A DNA stretch of 64,000 nucleotides from Macrostomum lignano (GCA_002269645.1 NIVC01000302.1:378303-442302); one strand, 5' to 3'. Positions 1 through 18,115 are shown, counted from the stretch's first letter. Notes: generated from the sequence alone by a model not told the origin. Numbers and translations are program-made.

Positions 1-1854
1 TAGGCCATATAGATTACATCTTCCATCTGGACCTCCTACTGCTTTTTAGCCTATCACTACTCTATACAAACAAACAATGATTTGGAGGGGTGGCATCCAA
101 GGCTGAACCACAAAGCCCAATGAAATGACATTTTGTTCTATTTGCTTGTATGCCTCTTGTATGAAGAAGCCAGATTGGTGGCTTTTGATGCATAGCTTAT
201 ATCACAGTGTGCCCTTTGGTACAAGCAGCACACAGCTATCTACTATTGACAGACCATTTATGACAAAATATAGGACAAACATGAGGCAGACATAAGAACA
301 GACCAAGCTTTGCTTGAGGCCTGCAGTCAGTTAAATGCCCCCATGTGATTTAATCACTGCTATAATTTTACCATTCACAGTTTACAATTTTACCATATTT
401 AACCATTTTTTTATAAACCTTCCATTTTAACCTTGTGAAACTAAACAAAATTAATGTCACTTTGTGCTCTTTTTACATTTTAGAGTTTGTTTCTTGTTGC
501 AGAGTTGCAGTGATTTTTATACTTAAGCCCATATGACATTTGAAATAAATTGAACATTGTATAACTTTAGGAAAAAAATGAATGAATTTTCTTGGAAAGC
601 ACATTTGAAAAGCATCGGATAAATAGTATTGTTGCTGAATTTGCTTTTGCCAAATTTGTCCATAGGCCTAGTGAATATCTATTGCCTAATTTGCTTGTCA
701 CCAAATTGGTTAGCACCTTATTAGACATAGCCACTGTCTCTATAAGCTTTAATGTTATAGACACAGCCACTGTTTCTAGTCTAAGTGTGACAAAAAATAG
801 AGCCATAGATTGGGCCTTTAAGTATTAAAATGATAGTGACAACAATAATAAATGAAAAAGCCCTCAATATTAAATATTATAATGCTTTGCAAAATATTAG
901 TTTGCCTAAACTTTGCCAAAACATCATTGGACTTGTTGCACTTAAAATATTTAGTAGAGCCTAGATCTGCATGAAATATAAAATGGTTTCTAACCTTACA
1001 CTGGGCCTAATTAATGAACAAAAATAAGTATAAGCTATAACTATTGCTTTCATGGCTGCCTATAGCTTCCCACTAATTTTCAATTTACTATAGTAATAGT
1101 AATAATTTTGGCTCAGGCAAAAAGCCTATTTGGTCAATATAAGTCAATGCATTTAATATTTATTAAAAAGGTTAGATAATTTTAATTGATAAATGGAATG
1201 AATACGAGTCAGGGGTGTCAGAACCAGGGGGCATAGGAGACTGGAGCCCCCCCCCCACTTTTTAAGCATGATCTTGCATGTGCCCTTTTGAATTTTAAAC
1301 AAGTGTTAGGTTTTTAGGCCTTGGCTTTTCTGAGTCTTGAGAGCTATAAGTATAACAAGCTAGAGCAAGAGGGCACCATTGCTATTTACACCCTAGAAAT
1401 CAATGTACATATAAGAATAAATAAAGTACAGTAAGTAAGGGTATTCACATAGCGTTGTGCTCCTCTTTCCTCAAGCAACAACCCTTCTTTCCTTTCTCTG
1501 CCCCTTTCCATCACCGCTTGGTTATATAGGCCCCAGCCCCATCAATGAGGTCTGTGGACATATAATAGTTTATGTTGTTCTCAATCTTATTTCACTACAG
1601 TTTTTTATCTAATGTGCCTAAGCCTAGTGCTTTAGTATTTATTTAGCCCTTTTGCTTTGGCATTTCTAATCAACATTCTCAGTCTGCCATAATCCCAAGA
1701 CTTAAACCACTATTGTTGCTACAATCAACATCTCTAAAATGCTATCAGCTAAAAGATTAAAAAGACAGCACCAAGAGGAACTCAAGGAGGCAGGCAAAAG
1801 ATCAAAAAATTAAATGATTAGTACTGGTAAGTACATGTACAATTTTAGTTTTTT

Positions 1855-3415
1855 AAAGTGAAACGAAAAAATTATATGGTTTTTTTTCCCATATTATCGT
1901 TTCCTTCTGCCAACAGTTCAGGAAGACAACAAACAATGGACCTGATGGTAACTTTCTCTGTGTGATCTCTAGAGTCACATTCTCAAACTTCAGGCGAGGA
2001 TCTTTCCTCTTCAATCAGTATATTTTATAAGCTAGCACACTGTACGCAAGCAACGAGGAATAGTAGCAGTAGGGAGAGAGAGAGTGGAATTTTGAGGCCC
2101 AATAGGCAGTGTCGGTCAGAGGTTGTGCATGCATCACGCGAGGGTCGCATGGCTGGGCTTCTTGCTTGCCGATCATCAGGACTATTTTTAGGCATGCAGA
2201 TCTTGTGCATCTGGGGAGTTGCTGCCAAGGCTGGATGCTTGTTCACGCATCACGCGCGTGTCGGCTGATTTCTCCCATCCTCTTGCTAATGGCGCCTTTG
2301 TTTTACTTCAGTCGCTCTTTTTTCAGGGAAGCGAGGTCCTCTGAGCTCTGTTGAAAATAAGCTTGGAGCAATGATGACATGGCGTACAGTTGTGCATTTG
2401 CTTGCAATACGCAGTCCCACTTGGTAACTTGCAGTTGAGTTGATGTTGTTGAAGCACCAAACTTGGTCAAGGGGCAAAGTGAACTTGTGACAACAGTGGA
2501 TGAATTGTACCAGCATATCCTCTTGACTATTTAATCAGATCTGAGAGGGGGATTGACGTGAACTCGGAAACTCGACAAATTGAATGGGCTTTTCGATGCC
2601 CTAAACAGTGACGCAAATAGGATGGGACATGGAGACTCGACAAATTGAAACAGCGTCTGGTAGACAGTCAGATCGGGATGCTGGCTGAAGGTACATTGCA
2701 GTTAAATAGGACGTTGGAAAAATACCGTCTTGACCAAATTGATTGTGTAGATCTCTCAACGAAAGTTTCTTCTTGGAAAGGTAAACTGTGTCACTTCTTG
2801 ATCTTCGTCCATTGGTCTTGTCTAGTTCGAAGTCTTCCTTTACTGAAGGCAGGAAAGTCTCAGTTCTTGATTCATTCGAATGGCTATTGAAGACATGCAG
2901 CAGAGCGATAACTGCATGGTATCTGAGACTTCTGTCTAGCGGCGACTCACGCGGTCAGTGGAACCAATTAAAACGACAATTTATATGGGTTTTTCCCATA
3001 TTATCGTTTCCTTCTGCCAACAGTTCAGGAAGACAACGAACAATGGACCTTGATGGTAACTTTCTCTGTGTGATCTCTAGAGTCACATACTCAAACTTCA
3101 GGCAAGGATCTTTTCTCTTCAATCAGTATATTTTATAAGCTAGCACACTGTACGCAAGCAATGAGGAATAGGAGCAGTAGGGAGAGAGAGATTGGGATTT
3201 CGAGGCCCAATAGGCAGTGTCAGTCAGAGGTTGTGCATGCATCACGCGAGGGTCGCATGGCTGGGCTTCTTGCTTGCCGATCATCAGGACTATTTTTAGG
3301 CATGCAGATCTTGTGCATCTGGGGAGTTGCTGCCAGGGCTGGATGCTTGTTCACGCATCACGCGCGTGTTGGCTGATTTCTCCCATCCTCTTGCTAACAG
3401 CCCCTTCATTTCACT
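1855..3415. repeat. Pair of ~450-bp direct repeats (~1855-2310 and ~2967-3415) around a ~650-bp unique spacer
   Basis: The two copies align colinearly (e.g. ttcccatattatcgtttccttctgccaacagttcaggaagacaac...gctgatttctcccatcctcttgcta); the paired ORFs 2109/3217 and 2025/3161 are shadows of this duplication. Confidence 0.9.
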
Positions 3416-3556
3416 TCAAAAGTATATTTGTAATATATTATAGTACACTACTAGCACAAAAACATTCATTGATAGACCAGTTGTCATGCAATCTAGGCTT
3501 GTTTTTTAGTGTTTAAATGACAGCATTTAATTTTAGGTCAAATTCTACTGAAGCCA

Positions 3557-4130
3557 GATGGTGCCACAAATATGAGTGGAAGGATGACAGGCACTGCCAC
3601 TTGTATTAGACAAGAATAGCCATTTGCCTTAAACATTCACTGCAAAAATCACTGCCTACAACTGACACTATAGAAGTGCACTAGGGAGTCTAGTGTTGTT
3701 AGTGCCACTTTAAGTGCAGTTTAAGAGATGGCCATGTTCCTTAAGGCCTTTCCAAAGTGCTCCATTTGTTCTTTTTATCTCTTAAAAAAATTGTTTTATG
3801 CAAATAAAAAAATAGATTAGATCCTGAAGATGACCCTTGTTAGACTAAAATGCATTAGAATAAGTTAATTTATACTGATTTTCACTTTTATATTCATCTT
3901 CAAAAGGGAACAGCATCAATTCCCACTGTTCCAGAATGTTGTTGCTTTACTTCACAACTACTTGCTAGTACCCATGATATCCTTTATAGCTGTAAGGTCA
4001 TTTTTTACACAATGACATGAAGAGTTATATACTCAATGCTCTTAGTACTAAGTCTAATGATCTTGCATGTGCACAAGAAGCACACTGACAACTTAGACTT
4101 ACAACAAGTTGCATAGGGGGGCTATGAATT
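3557..4130 (+). pseudogene. Degraded hAT (ZMYM1/PRKRIR-like) transposase fragments
   Basis: Manual translation from 3557 gives DGATNMSGRMTGTATCIRQE*PFALNIHCKNHCLQL (DGAxNMSG plus CxxH of the hAT DDE core). Near 4050-4130 it gives LMILHVHKKHTDNLDLQQVA (hAT C-terminal dimerisation domain). Stops and frameshifts present. Confidence 0.75.
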
Positions 4131-6539
4131 TGTGAGCTGTTCCAGTTGTTGGCTAAAATTTTTCAGGAAATTTTAATGTTATACCATTCTTGCACAATCT
4201 AGTATTGTGTTTACTCAGCTATATTAGCATTAACAAGATATTTACTGACTCGAGTAAGCTATTAGCACTGCATCTTCTGTCTTTGTTTTATTTTCATGGG
4301 ATGGAAGTGACCTAAATAACAGCTAATGTTTATATTTAAAAATTAGACCTAGCTATTCTGTTTTCTATTAATAAACTTATATTAAAAATAGAAAATACAT
4401 ATTAAAACATTTACTTTGAATGAACAAAGGGTTATATTAATGCTTGGGCACAACCTTGGGATTCACTTGGCAATTTCTATTGGCAACACACAAATGTAAG
4501 TTGCTATTAGATGGAATAATAGTCACGAGACTACTCTTAGCCAATAGTGACTTACATAGGCCTATATGTTGAATGTTGCCAATAGAAATGGCCTAGTAAA
4601 TCCTAAGGTTGCACAAATATGGTTGTATTGTATATGCAGGTTGCAGGGGTGTTTGAAAGCAAATTTTAGTAATTTATTTGTAAAAGTTTCCCAGGGGAAG
4701 AAAATGTATATATCATGTATTAAATGTATACAACTGACTATCACCTTGCAGATATTTTCTTACCCAAATGTAGCAATGTGTTATGGTTTTCCTTCCACAT
4801 TTGTCTTGCAACTTTCATTCATTTGGGATTTTCGGAGGTTTTGAGGTTTTTCAGAGGTTTCATTTCCAACAAATATTTTTGCACAAAAACTTTATTTACT
4901 AAATAAATTGATAGTGCAGTATAGCCTATAGTTGCACAATGTTTGAATCAGTTGAAAATTAGAGCATTTTTAGACTTTTGGTCACTAGGCCTACCAACAC
5001 AGAATTGAATATTGGCTTAGTTGTCAAAATGTCGCAAACTGACATAATAGTAGGAGTTAGGGTGCCCTTAGATTACAAAAATGTATTTGCAATGTGCCCT
5101 CCTACCATGGCAATAACCCCTCCACTTTGAAATATGTTCGACACCGCTAGCTAGTTTGAGTTAGGCCTATGATATTTATATTAAATATGGTATCTGAAAG
5201 AGGTTACTATAATGACTATAATGACTAACAACAGAACAACAAGAAATAGTGGCAGTGCAGGGGGGCGCCGGGGCGGGGGGGCTGTAGCCCCTGGATGACC
5301 ATCAATGGAGGAATCTAGCATGCTGACGCGCACTCGTGTTTCAGCCATTGACGCACAAGTCAAAGTGCTTGATTCCCATTCTCATTTGATCCAACATGTG
5401 TGGCTAAAGTAGACAAGGGTGGAGCTGGTTGTGTGGAGTTAGACTTGAACCATAGACAAAATATGCGCGAGCTAGTCTGAACATTCTTGCATGATGGAAA
5501 GAAGATTATGCTTGTAGTCTATGGCTGTTATGCTAAATATAGAAACATCGCGCATTACATTCTTGCACGATTGACATTCCTGCACGGAGTGCACATGCAA
5601 ATTCAAGGTGCTTTTACCATAGACACTTGCATTTTTGCACGCATATGGCGACTTTCAAAGCATTCTTGCACGCTGGATCAAATAAGAATGGTTTCCAATT
5701 TCCATGCATTTCGGTGCCCGTGCTTTTCGGTGCCCGGCATTTCGGTGCCCCAGATTGCTTTTCGGAGCCCCAGTTTATGATGCCAAAATGATGATAATAA
5801 AAAAGAAATCCCATAACAAATATAATAAATAATTTACAAAACGTTCAATATTCCTAATAGAAGCAGCATTCATTTTGTTAAACTGGCACGTTTCTTAAAT
5901 TTAAAAAATCCCGCCCAATTTAATTCCGATGCATTTTGCTGTACGTAGATCATATATACTACAATAAGCTGGCTGCACTCAGCAAGCGTGCTAGTGCTAT
6001 GAAGACTTAGTTGGGTAAAGTTGAAATCCATCAACGATTCTACATGTATTTTCGAAATTATGAAATGTGACAAGTCTACATGTATTTTAGTTTTTAGTTA
6101 GTATTGATTTTTTGAATCACACGATAGATACGATCATTTTTAATTACATAAAACTGCCTAGGAAATGAAGCGAGTAATATTTAATGAGCTGAAATCTTTT
6201 GGGGCATAACTATTGGACCAAAATCTATAAGATTTTATTGCAAGCGCATTTGGGACATTAGTTTAAAATTTTGACGCGGCTGAGACGCGGCTAGCGACAT
6301 GGAAGTTCTTTGAAAAATACTTTCTGCCTTGCGTTTATTATTTAAATTTAATAATGGAATAATTAATTTACCCGCCACCATATTTTTAGGGTAGGCCCTA
6401 TTAAGGCCTAAATATTACAAATAAATTAAATATGATCAGGTTATCTACCATTTTACTGATTTGTTGAGATTGATAAAGTATTGAGTAGGCCTATACAAGG
6501 TCCCAGTTATTAAAATATTTTGTCCCCTTGCCTTGTGAT

Positions 6540-6715
6540 TAGGGATTCCAATCCCAGGATCCCAGGATTGGGGCCAAAAATCCCGGATTTGAATCCTGGG
6601 ATTTTTTGGGAATCGAATCCCAGGATTTTTTTTAATCCTGGGATTGCAAAAGTCTGGGATTGGGATCCCGGGATTTCAAGGCCTTAATCCTGGGATTGGT
6701 CCGGGATTAGAACAA
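6540..6715. mobile_element. hAT-like MITE end with ATCCCRGGAT subterminal motifs; second partial copy at ~8096-8232
   Basis: The tagggattccaatcccaggatcccaggattggggccaaaaatcc...tcctgggattgcaaaagt block occurs twice (6540 and 8096). Confidence 0.6.
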
Positions 6716-6916
6716 CCTTTCAATGCCTAAATTAGATAATTTAAAGTCTAAACGTTTATTTGAATAATAAAATATTTATTTGTTTTTGCTGTTTCTCAAT
6801 GAAATGTTAAACATTTGCAAAGCTCCTGTCCTAATTGAGCTAAAAATTGTTAATGTGAACTGTAAATGATAGATAATTTTAACTTTTTTTCATTTTCCAC
6901 CACGAGACGAGACTAA

Positions 6917-8036
6917 GGGCCTTTTCATAGTGCTTGTTCTGGTTCCAGAACAAGAACCAATTTGTGAAGTATAACTTTTTGTCTCCATAACTAGAGGGAG
7001 ATACGTGCTATAAAGTTTTTATTATTGAATGACAATTGCCAAAAAGAAAGTGAAAAATCGTGCAAAGTGAGGCTGTTAAGCAGGGTTTTTTTTGTGCGCA
7101 GAGTGTGCGTATGCACCCTAAATTTTAAAATCGCACCCTGAAATAAAAAAAGTAGGTGCGGTTTAGGTGCGGTCTTATAACCATTTTTCTTTAAAGGCTT
7201 ACCCATGCTTAAGCTATTTTTTATGCACTGCCTTAAAATATGAAACAAAATAACTCTTTAAATCCTATTAAGTCATATAGGCGATATAGCCTATAGCTAT
7301 AGCCTTATGTAAGATATTAAAATATACATTCCCAGTTGTCTGAAATGTGAGCAATGTGAGGGTTTCACGAGAGATATTCAGACAAAGGCTCCCTAAAACA
7401 CGCCCCGCACCGGGCCCCGAACTGCTACATATTATAACATTTTTTGTCAATGCAGTATTTGATTGCAAGGAAAAGTTAAAATAGTAATGGAATAAATATC
7501 TTTATTTATTTTTTTAAATATTATTATTTTTTATATTCTCGTTTTCATTATTAAATTATAATATTATTATTTTATTAATATTATTATTAATATCACTTAT
7601 TGTTCACCGAATTTTATATTTCAAAGTAAAAAAAACTAAATTTAATAAAAACTTGAAGCTTAACAGAAAATGCATTCTGAAGTGTCTTTAGTTATAGTCC
7701 AATTTGTTTTAATGTGTAGCGCTGCAGGGCGGTGCGGGGCGTGTTTTAGGGAGACCCATTCAGACAGACATTCAAAATGATCGTTTCGAATGTCTGTCTG
7801 AATATCTCTCATGAAACCCTCACATTCTAAACAAGACTCAAGAGAAATTGCACTCTGAGCCTTAAAATCGCACCTTGAAATTTGGCACAAGGTGCGATTT
7901 CGCACCTTATTTCTGGCGAAAAAAAAACCCAGCTGTTAAGGCAGTCAAATATTAATAGAGTTTAATAGTTATACTGCTGTTTTTCTTGGAATTCCGAACT
8001 GATTCTGGTTCTGGAATTGGTAATATGAAAAGGCCC
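6917..8036. mobile_element. PIF/Harbinger-like MITE (host of nested insertions)
   Basis: TIR gggccttttcata / tatgaaaaggccc with TAA on both flanks (6914-6916, 8037-8039). Confidence 0.75.
7081..7932. mobile_element. hAT-type MITE nested in the Harbinger MITE
   Basis: Ends cagggtttttttt / aaaaaaaaacccag; perfect 8-bp TSD ctgttaag at 7073-7080 and 7933-7940; internal inverted repeat at ~7355-7430 / ~7712-7828. Confidence 0.8.
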
Positions 8037-9649
8037 TAAGACTCTGAGAGTCCCGAGACCATGACTACTGCATGTGGCATGCCGCACAGTCCGTCTTAGA
8101 GATTCCAATCCCGGGATCCCAGGATTGGGGCCAAAAATCCGGGATTTGAATCCCAGGATTTTTTGGGAATCGAATCCCGGGATTTTTTTGGGAATCGAAT
8201 CCCGGGATTTTTAATCCTGGGATTGCAAAAGTATAGCAAGGTCCCAAAGCATAGCACCCATCTTTGTTTGGCCATCTCCCAAGCTATTAAAACAATAAAA
8301 TTAGGCCTATTAACTTTTAACTTTTAAGCACTTTTTCCATCTCTAAAGCAGGGCAGAAAAGAAATGAAGGGCCTTGGCCACAAGTTAAACTGCATTTACT
8401 AGCATAGCAAACAGGTTAGCTAAAATATCTATGATAAATTAATGGCCAAGATTGTCTATTGGCAAGATAATGGTAGACAAAGGGAGTTGGCTAACTGAAA
8501 AGTACAAGGCTGAGTTGCAAAATAGAAAGTACAAATTTTTGAAAGATGATAATCTAATATGTGTTATTTAACATGGCATTGATGCTTATTGGAAGTGTCT
8601 ATGGCCCTAAGGGACATGCATGTGCAACCTCCAAAATTTGGTTGGCCATGCGACTTAGTTTTATCAAAAATGCAACTTACATGTAAAAAAACCCCTAAAG
8701 CAAAATTAATGCAGCTTTGGGTAATTGGCAGGAGTAACTATGACTGTCTTATTAAGTCAAAATGCATCATCAGCTACTTAGTACTACTACTTGGGTATTT
8801 TTTCAGGTGGGAATTTTTGCGACTTCCTTGGTTGGCCGCCAGATTGGCCAACTCGGCCAACTTTTGCACATGTATGCTAAGGGATGTTGGTTAGAAGGAG
8901 GGAAGTCTAAGCACTGGGACTTATGTTCTTATTGCTAATTAGTTCTTACTAAGACCATTAATCAACCATTTAGTCTATGCTAGAAGGCCACCCTCAAACT
9001 GTTAGGAATTGTTGGGAATAAAGATAGAAAAGGTGCTTAAAAAACAAAGTTGTTACTTTTACTATTTTAATAGCTTGAAGACTATGTCCAAACATGCTAA
9101 AATCAGCTTCTAAAGTAGAGAAAATGCAAAAAACATTGAAAAATAGTTTAACAAACAATTCAAGAATGCCAAAACATTCTTGGCTATCCCGCAGAATCAT
9201 TTGTTAAACTCACTATATGCATGTTTTTTAGCTATTGACTTAAAACTTGCCAAAAATAAATATTTTCATTAGTTCATTCAATTTAACAAATTTTATTGCT
9301 AGGGGCCTAGTAATAATTGTATTGTGTTTACATTTATAAGTAAATTTTGGTAGCTAAGTATTTATTAAATGAAATAAAAGTAATTAATAAACAATAAAAC
9401 TATTTGGCTGAGAATTTTGAATATTAAGACTTTGAATTACACTTTTCTAGTTTTCTATATTTGCCTTTTCATTTTGTAAGTAGAGCATGAACCATGCATT
9501 TATATATGTGCACATGTGACTACACATATGTGCTAATATACCTATAAGCATCTCAATGCATGTCATGCGCATATTTGCCTATATTTATGCCTACCAAACT
9601 TCTTAGGCATACCAGATTGTGTCTACGAAATAAAGATTAATTCCAATAG

Positions 9650-10470
9650 GTTGGGCATAAGGGCACCTTAGTGTTGTATAATAGACAGTTCACATATTCA
9701 TAGGTTTGGGCCTAACCTCCCTAAATGGGCCTTGCAAGGTGAGTAGCAAAATGTCCTAAACAGGTTGGGAGCAGTAGCCCTTAGCCTAGATCACATGGCT
9801 TGCCAATTGAAGTTGCCATTGGCAAAGGATGGTGGATAGGTGTTGCAGCTTGGCTCAATTGTATAGGGTCTCAGTCTAAACACTTGTTAGCTCAAAAGTT
9901 TGCATAGAGCAACCCTAAGTGTGCCAAGTCCAGCTGCCACTCTAGCGTAGCCATTAGTGTCCATATCTTGGCATTGTATAGCAGGATGGTTTCAACCACT
10001 ACCTGCTACAGCTGAGCCCTCTGGTAATCAGGCAACACTTTAGACTAGAGGATGGCTCAGATCAAATGGAAGGCCATCTAGGCAAGTCTTCTGCACCGCT
10101 GGAGGTCCTCTTCCACATGGGGCACTAGACCACCAAGGTAGGTGAAATGCTGGCAGTGAGAAAGCTTGGTTGTCTACTTGTCTGCATTGTGGTATATCAG
10201 GTCTACTAAGATGTTGGCTAACATAGTCAGCACTTAGTCTTCAGCATATTAAAAACTAGACTAATGCTCAATGCCACCTTGACCAGCTTATCAATCTGGC
10301 ATAGTGGCACTAGGTGCTTTCAATGGACAAGGACAAAAGGGCGAGGTTATCAGTACAGCCAAGCATGCTCAGGCACTTTTTCTATGGTGGTGACCAATGC
10401 ATCTGCACAGCAGGAAGCCATTGTCAGCTGATGGGACAACTAATGGGACTGGGATGGGGTTGGAATGACT
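9650..10470 (-). pseudogene. Degraded RTE-clade LINE reverse transcriptase C-terminal region
   Basis: Minus-strand translation gives a decayed YADD region (TDNLALLS), FTYLGGLV..EEDLQRCRRLA and VVETILLYNAKIWTL..LE..LD, matching RTE RT domains 5-7 and the thumb; many stops. Confidence 0.65.
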
Positions 10471-11679
10471 CTCAATTAAGAAATTGATATTAAATACTAA
10501 AAAATGTATAAAATGGTATATGTCTAATATTAATATTGCTTATTTGTAGTTACTTTTTGCCTTATCTAAGTGTAGTGGATATAGTTGGTACAGGTATTTA
10601 GAATTAGAAAGAGACTTGGCTTTACAACTTGCCTAAAAACAAAATAAAATTTATAAATAATATTTGTAAAAAAAAAGTCAGAAAGCATTTAAAATTTTGT
10701 GAAATCTTTGGTCTCAAAGTTTTTTATGCAAATTGGTATAAATAGCATCCAAGATTTAAAAATTTCACCTTGAAATTTGAGCCATGGTGCAATTTTGCAT
10801 CCTAAAATTTGATCTAGACTTTTGTGCATGCAATTCAGATTTTATTAGATTAAACTAATATCTAATGATGTTAAATTATTCGAGCAAAACGAGACATGTC
10901 TTGTGAGCCACAAAAAATGCAATAGTATAGTTGTCATATATATTATGACTCATTATTTTGCTTCTTAAATTATTTTGCTAGCCACACCCTGCTTTTAAAA
11001 TTTTGTGCCTTGAATTGAAATTGGACCCTAGGTACAAGATTGCTCCTAATATCCAGACAAAAAACCCAGTTTGGTCTGGTAAATAGATAGCAGGTAGGCA
11101 AATATGATTTTTATGAAATTTTAAATGATTTTTCTAAGATATTGTGCTTATTTTTTACCTGTATTAACTAGTAATTCTAGGTCTATATCTCTATTATATT
11201 TAAAGTGGATAAAGTTATTAATATTATTCTTTATACTGGGTAGTCTGATTTTGTTTCTATATAAGAAAATAGGCCTTAAAGGCCTTAGTCTACTTTATAT
11301 GTATGATATAACAAACAAAGATCTTACTGATTATAACAAGAGGAAATTAAATGCTTCCTCTTGTTAAAGCTGACTAACTGAAACTTTTAATCAGTTAAAC
11401 CTTTTGCTTTGCTATCCATTTTTTTCAAAGACTATTTAAAATTATTTGCATAATCTTTGAAGCTTTATAATAAGCCTTATTTATTAGCATTATTATCTTT
11501 TAATATTTGAATTTTGGTGTTTAGGATCACAAAATTTTTATCAAATAAAAAATAACACATTGTGATTTTCAATGGTTGCTTGAGAAAAAAGAATCATCAG
11601 TTAAATGTGTCTTATATATAATTATTGCATTTTAATTTCCAATTGATGCTAAAGCTCTTATATAGTTTGAAATTCTCAA

Positions 11680-15762
<4,083 letters not shown>

Positions 15763-15829
15763 ACAGCCTTCGGATCGGTTGGGTGACTGGGGCCGATACT
15801 GAACTACAGACAGGGGTAGGACGGGATCT

Positions 15830-16330
15830 CGACGAATATTGGGATCTAGATCCCAATGCGATTATCCCAATGTCCCAGGATCCCGACAAATATTGGGATC
15901 TTGATTCCGATCTCAAAATCTCGGGATCCCGACACATATTGGGATCTTGATCTCCCGATGTGGTAATCCCAAAATCTCGGTATCCTGACAGATATTGGGA
16001 TCTTGATCCCGATGCGATTATCCCAATGTCCCAGGATTTCGGCAAATATTGGGATCTTGATCCCAATGCGTTTATCCCAATGTCCCAGGATTCCGACAAA
16101 TATTGGGATCTTGATCTCATGATGTGGTTATCCCAAAATCTCGGGATCCTGACAAATATTGGGATCTTGATCCCAATGCGATTATCCCAATGTCCCAGGA
16201 TTCCGACAAATATTGGGATCTTGATCTCATGATGTGGTTATCCCAAAATCTCGGGATCCTGACAAATATTGGGATCTGGATCCCAATGCGATTATACACA
16301 AATCCCAGGATCCCGACAAATATCAGGATG
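15830..16330. repeat. Tandem repeat of ~54-57-bp subunits (~111-bp higher-order period) just 3' of GMDS
   Basis: Recurrent acaaatattgggatcttgatc...ttatcccaa; shares ATCCC/GGGAT motifs with the MITE at 55189. Confidence 0.9.
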
Positions 16331-17094
16331 TGGACTCCTGCCGATCCAGAATTTTTTATCCCCACCAATCTATATTTATCCAATCCAATTAAATAATTTT
16401 TCTAACTGCTGGTGTTGTAGATCAAGCTTGATATTCTCTTAATTTGGAGTTGGACGAGTCTGTAATATTTAAATCGACATATATGTCTAGAATAAGCTAC
16501 TTTCGATTCAGTAGTATTTAGAATTTTCCTATATACAAAAAACATGATTTCTGGCAGTGTACATCTGGTGCCCCCGTTGACTGTAATGTAAATCGACAAT
16601 GAGTTCATTGATAGCGAATATGCAATCCGAGCGTACTAATTAGCAGGTAGGAAAGATTTATATTTACCGATAGAAATTTATTCAGAAATATGAAAAATTC
16701 AAAATCTTTTTCCTCTTGCTGTTGTTCTGCTGTCATTGCGTGTTATATATTTATTAGATAGACAGCAAATTTGTAATCTTATTAATTCTGATCTGCTTTT
16801 CTAAAAAGATGCATTCCATTAGTTTATTTGATTTATGTTAGCGGAATCGTGCTACCATTTCATTCTGACAGTAGCTTATTTGTTTTCAGTTTATATGCAT
16901 CCCATATATGGAGATAATATTCGGTTACAGAAATTCTACAAATTTATTCACCCTTCTGTTCGTGACTTGCATCGCTGATTGCGATTGTTTTTATTGATCT
17001 TTTTGGCTGCCATTCGAATTGACTGCTTGCTACTTTGCACCTATTTTGAATAACTTCACGGCAAAACAATTCTTAGCATAGTGCGTTCACTTGT

Positions 17095-18115
17095 GCTTCA
17101 GATCCTCAGTTGCTGGGCCAGCCTCCCAGACCCTTAGTTGCTGGGCCAGCCTCCCAGATCCTCGGTTGCTGGGCCAGCCTCCCAGATCCTCGGTTGCTGA
17201 GCCAGCCTCCCAGATCCTCGGTTGCTGGGCCAGCCTCCCAGATCCTCGGTTTCTGGGCCAGCTTCCCAGATCCTCGGTTGCTGGGCCAGCCTCCCTGATC
17301 CTCGGTTTCTTGGCCAGCCTCCCAGATAGGGGGCCGTAGCCCCGCGGTCTAGCGCAGGCTCTGGTGTGCCAGCGACCCAGGCTCGATTCCAAGTGCAGTC
17401 ATATTAATTTGGGGCTAAATTGGAATCTCGGCTTGGCTCTGCTTGTGCAATTAACGGCCTTGAGAGCCAACCCCCCCAAGGCGCAGTGAAGTGTACATGC
17501 CTAACGATCAATAAAGTTAGGGCCGCTGTACACTCCTGTGTGAGTGTGTGCCTGCGTACGTATCCGCGCGCTTGTGTGCCTGCTCAGGGGAGTCGGCGGA
17601 ATGGGCAGTAATGCCTCTCGCCGGTTGTGTGCCTATGTCGCTTGAAGTGCGCCAGGGTGCACACAACCCCCTGGCTCTAATAAAAAAACAGCGAGCCTCC
17701 CAGATCCTCAGTTGCTGGGCCAGCTTCCCAGATCCTCAGTTGCTGGGCCAGCTTCCCAGATCCTCAGTTGCTGGGCCAGCTTCCCAGATCCTCAGTTGCT
17801 GGGCCAGCTTCCCAGATCCTCGGTTGCTGGGCCAGCCTCCCAGATCCTCGGTTTCTGGGCCAGCTTCCCAAATCCTCAGTTGATGGGCCAGCCTCCCAGA
17901 TCCTCGGTTGCTGGGCCAGCTTCCCAGATCCTCAGTTGCTGGGCCAGCCTCCCAGATCCTCGGTTTCTGGGCCAGCTTCCCAGATCCTCAGTTGCTGGGC
18001 CAGCTTCCCAGATGCTCAGTTGCTGGGCCAGCCTCCCAGATCCTCAGTTGCTGGACCAGCTTCCCAGATCCTCAGTTGCTGGACCAGCTTCCCAGATCCT
18101 CAGTTGCTGGGCCAC
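17095..18115. repeat. 28-bp minisatellite (cccagatcctcggttgctgggccagcct)n, split by a SINE
   Basis: Arrays at 17095-17327 and 17694-18115. Confidence 0.95.
17328..17693 (+). mobile_element. tRNA-derived SINE (~365 bp)
   Basis: A-box-like tagccccgcggtctagcg, B-box-like ggctcgattcc, A-rich tail aataaaaaaaca; flanked by agcctcccagat on both sides (TSD ambiguous because the host is a tandem repeat). Confidence 0.75.

Noticed and set aside
3824-3856. Second hammerhead-like motif CTGAAGA-tgaccc..aaaatgcatt
   Set aside because: Stems I and II do not pair and GAAAC is lost; needs too many assumed mutations.
1210-5140. Possible TIRs delimiting a full hAT element
   Set aside because: The ends match only weakly and no 8-bp TSD was found.
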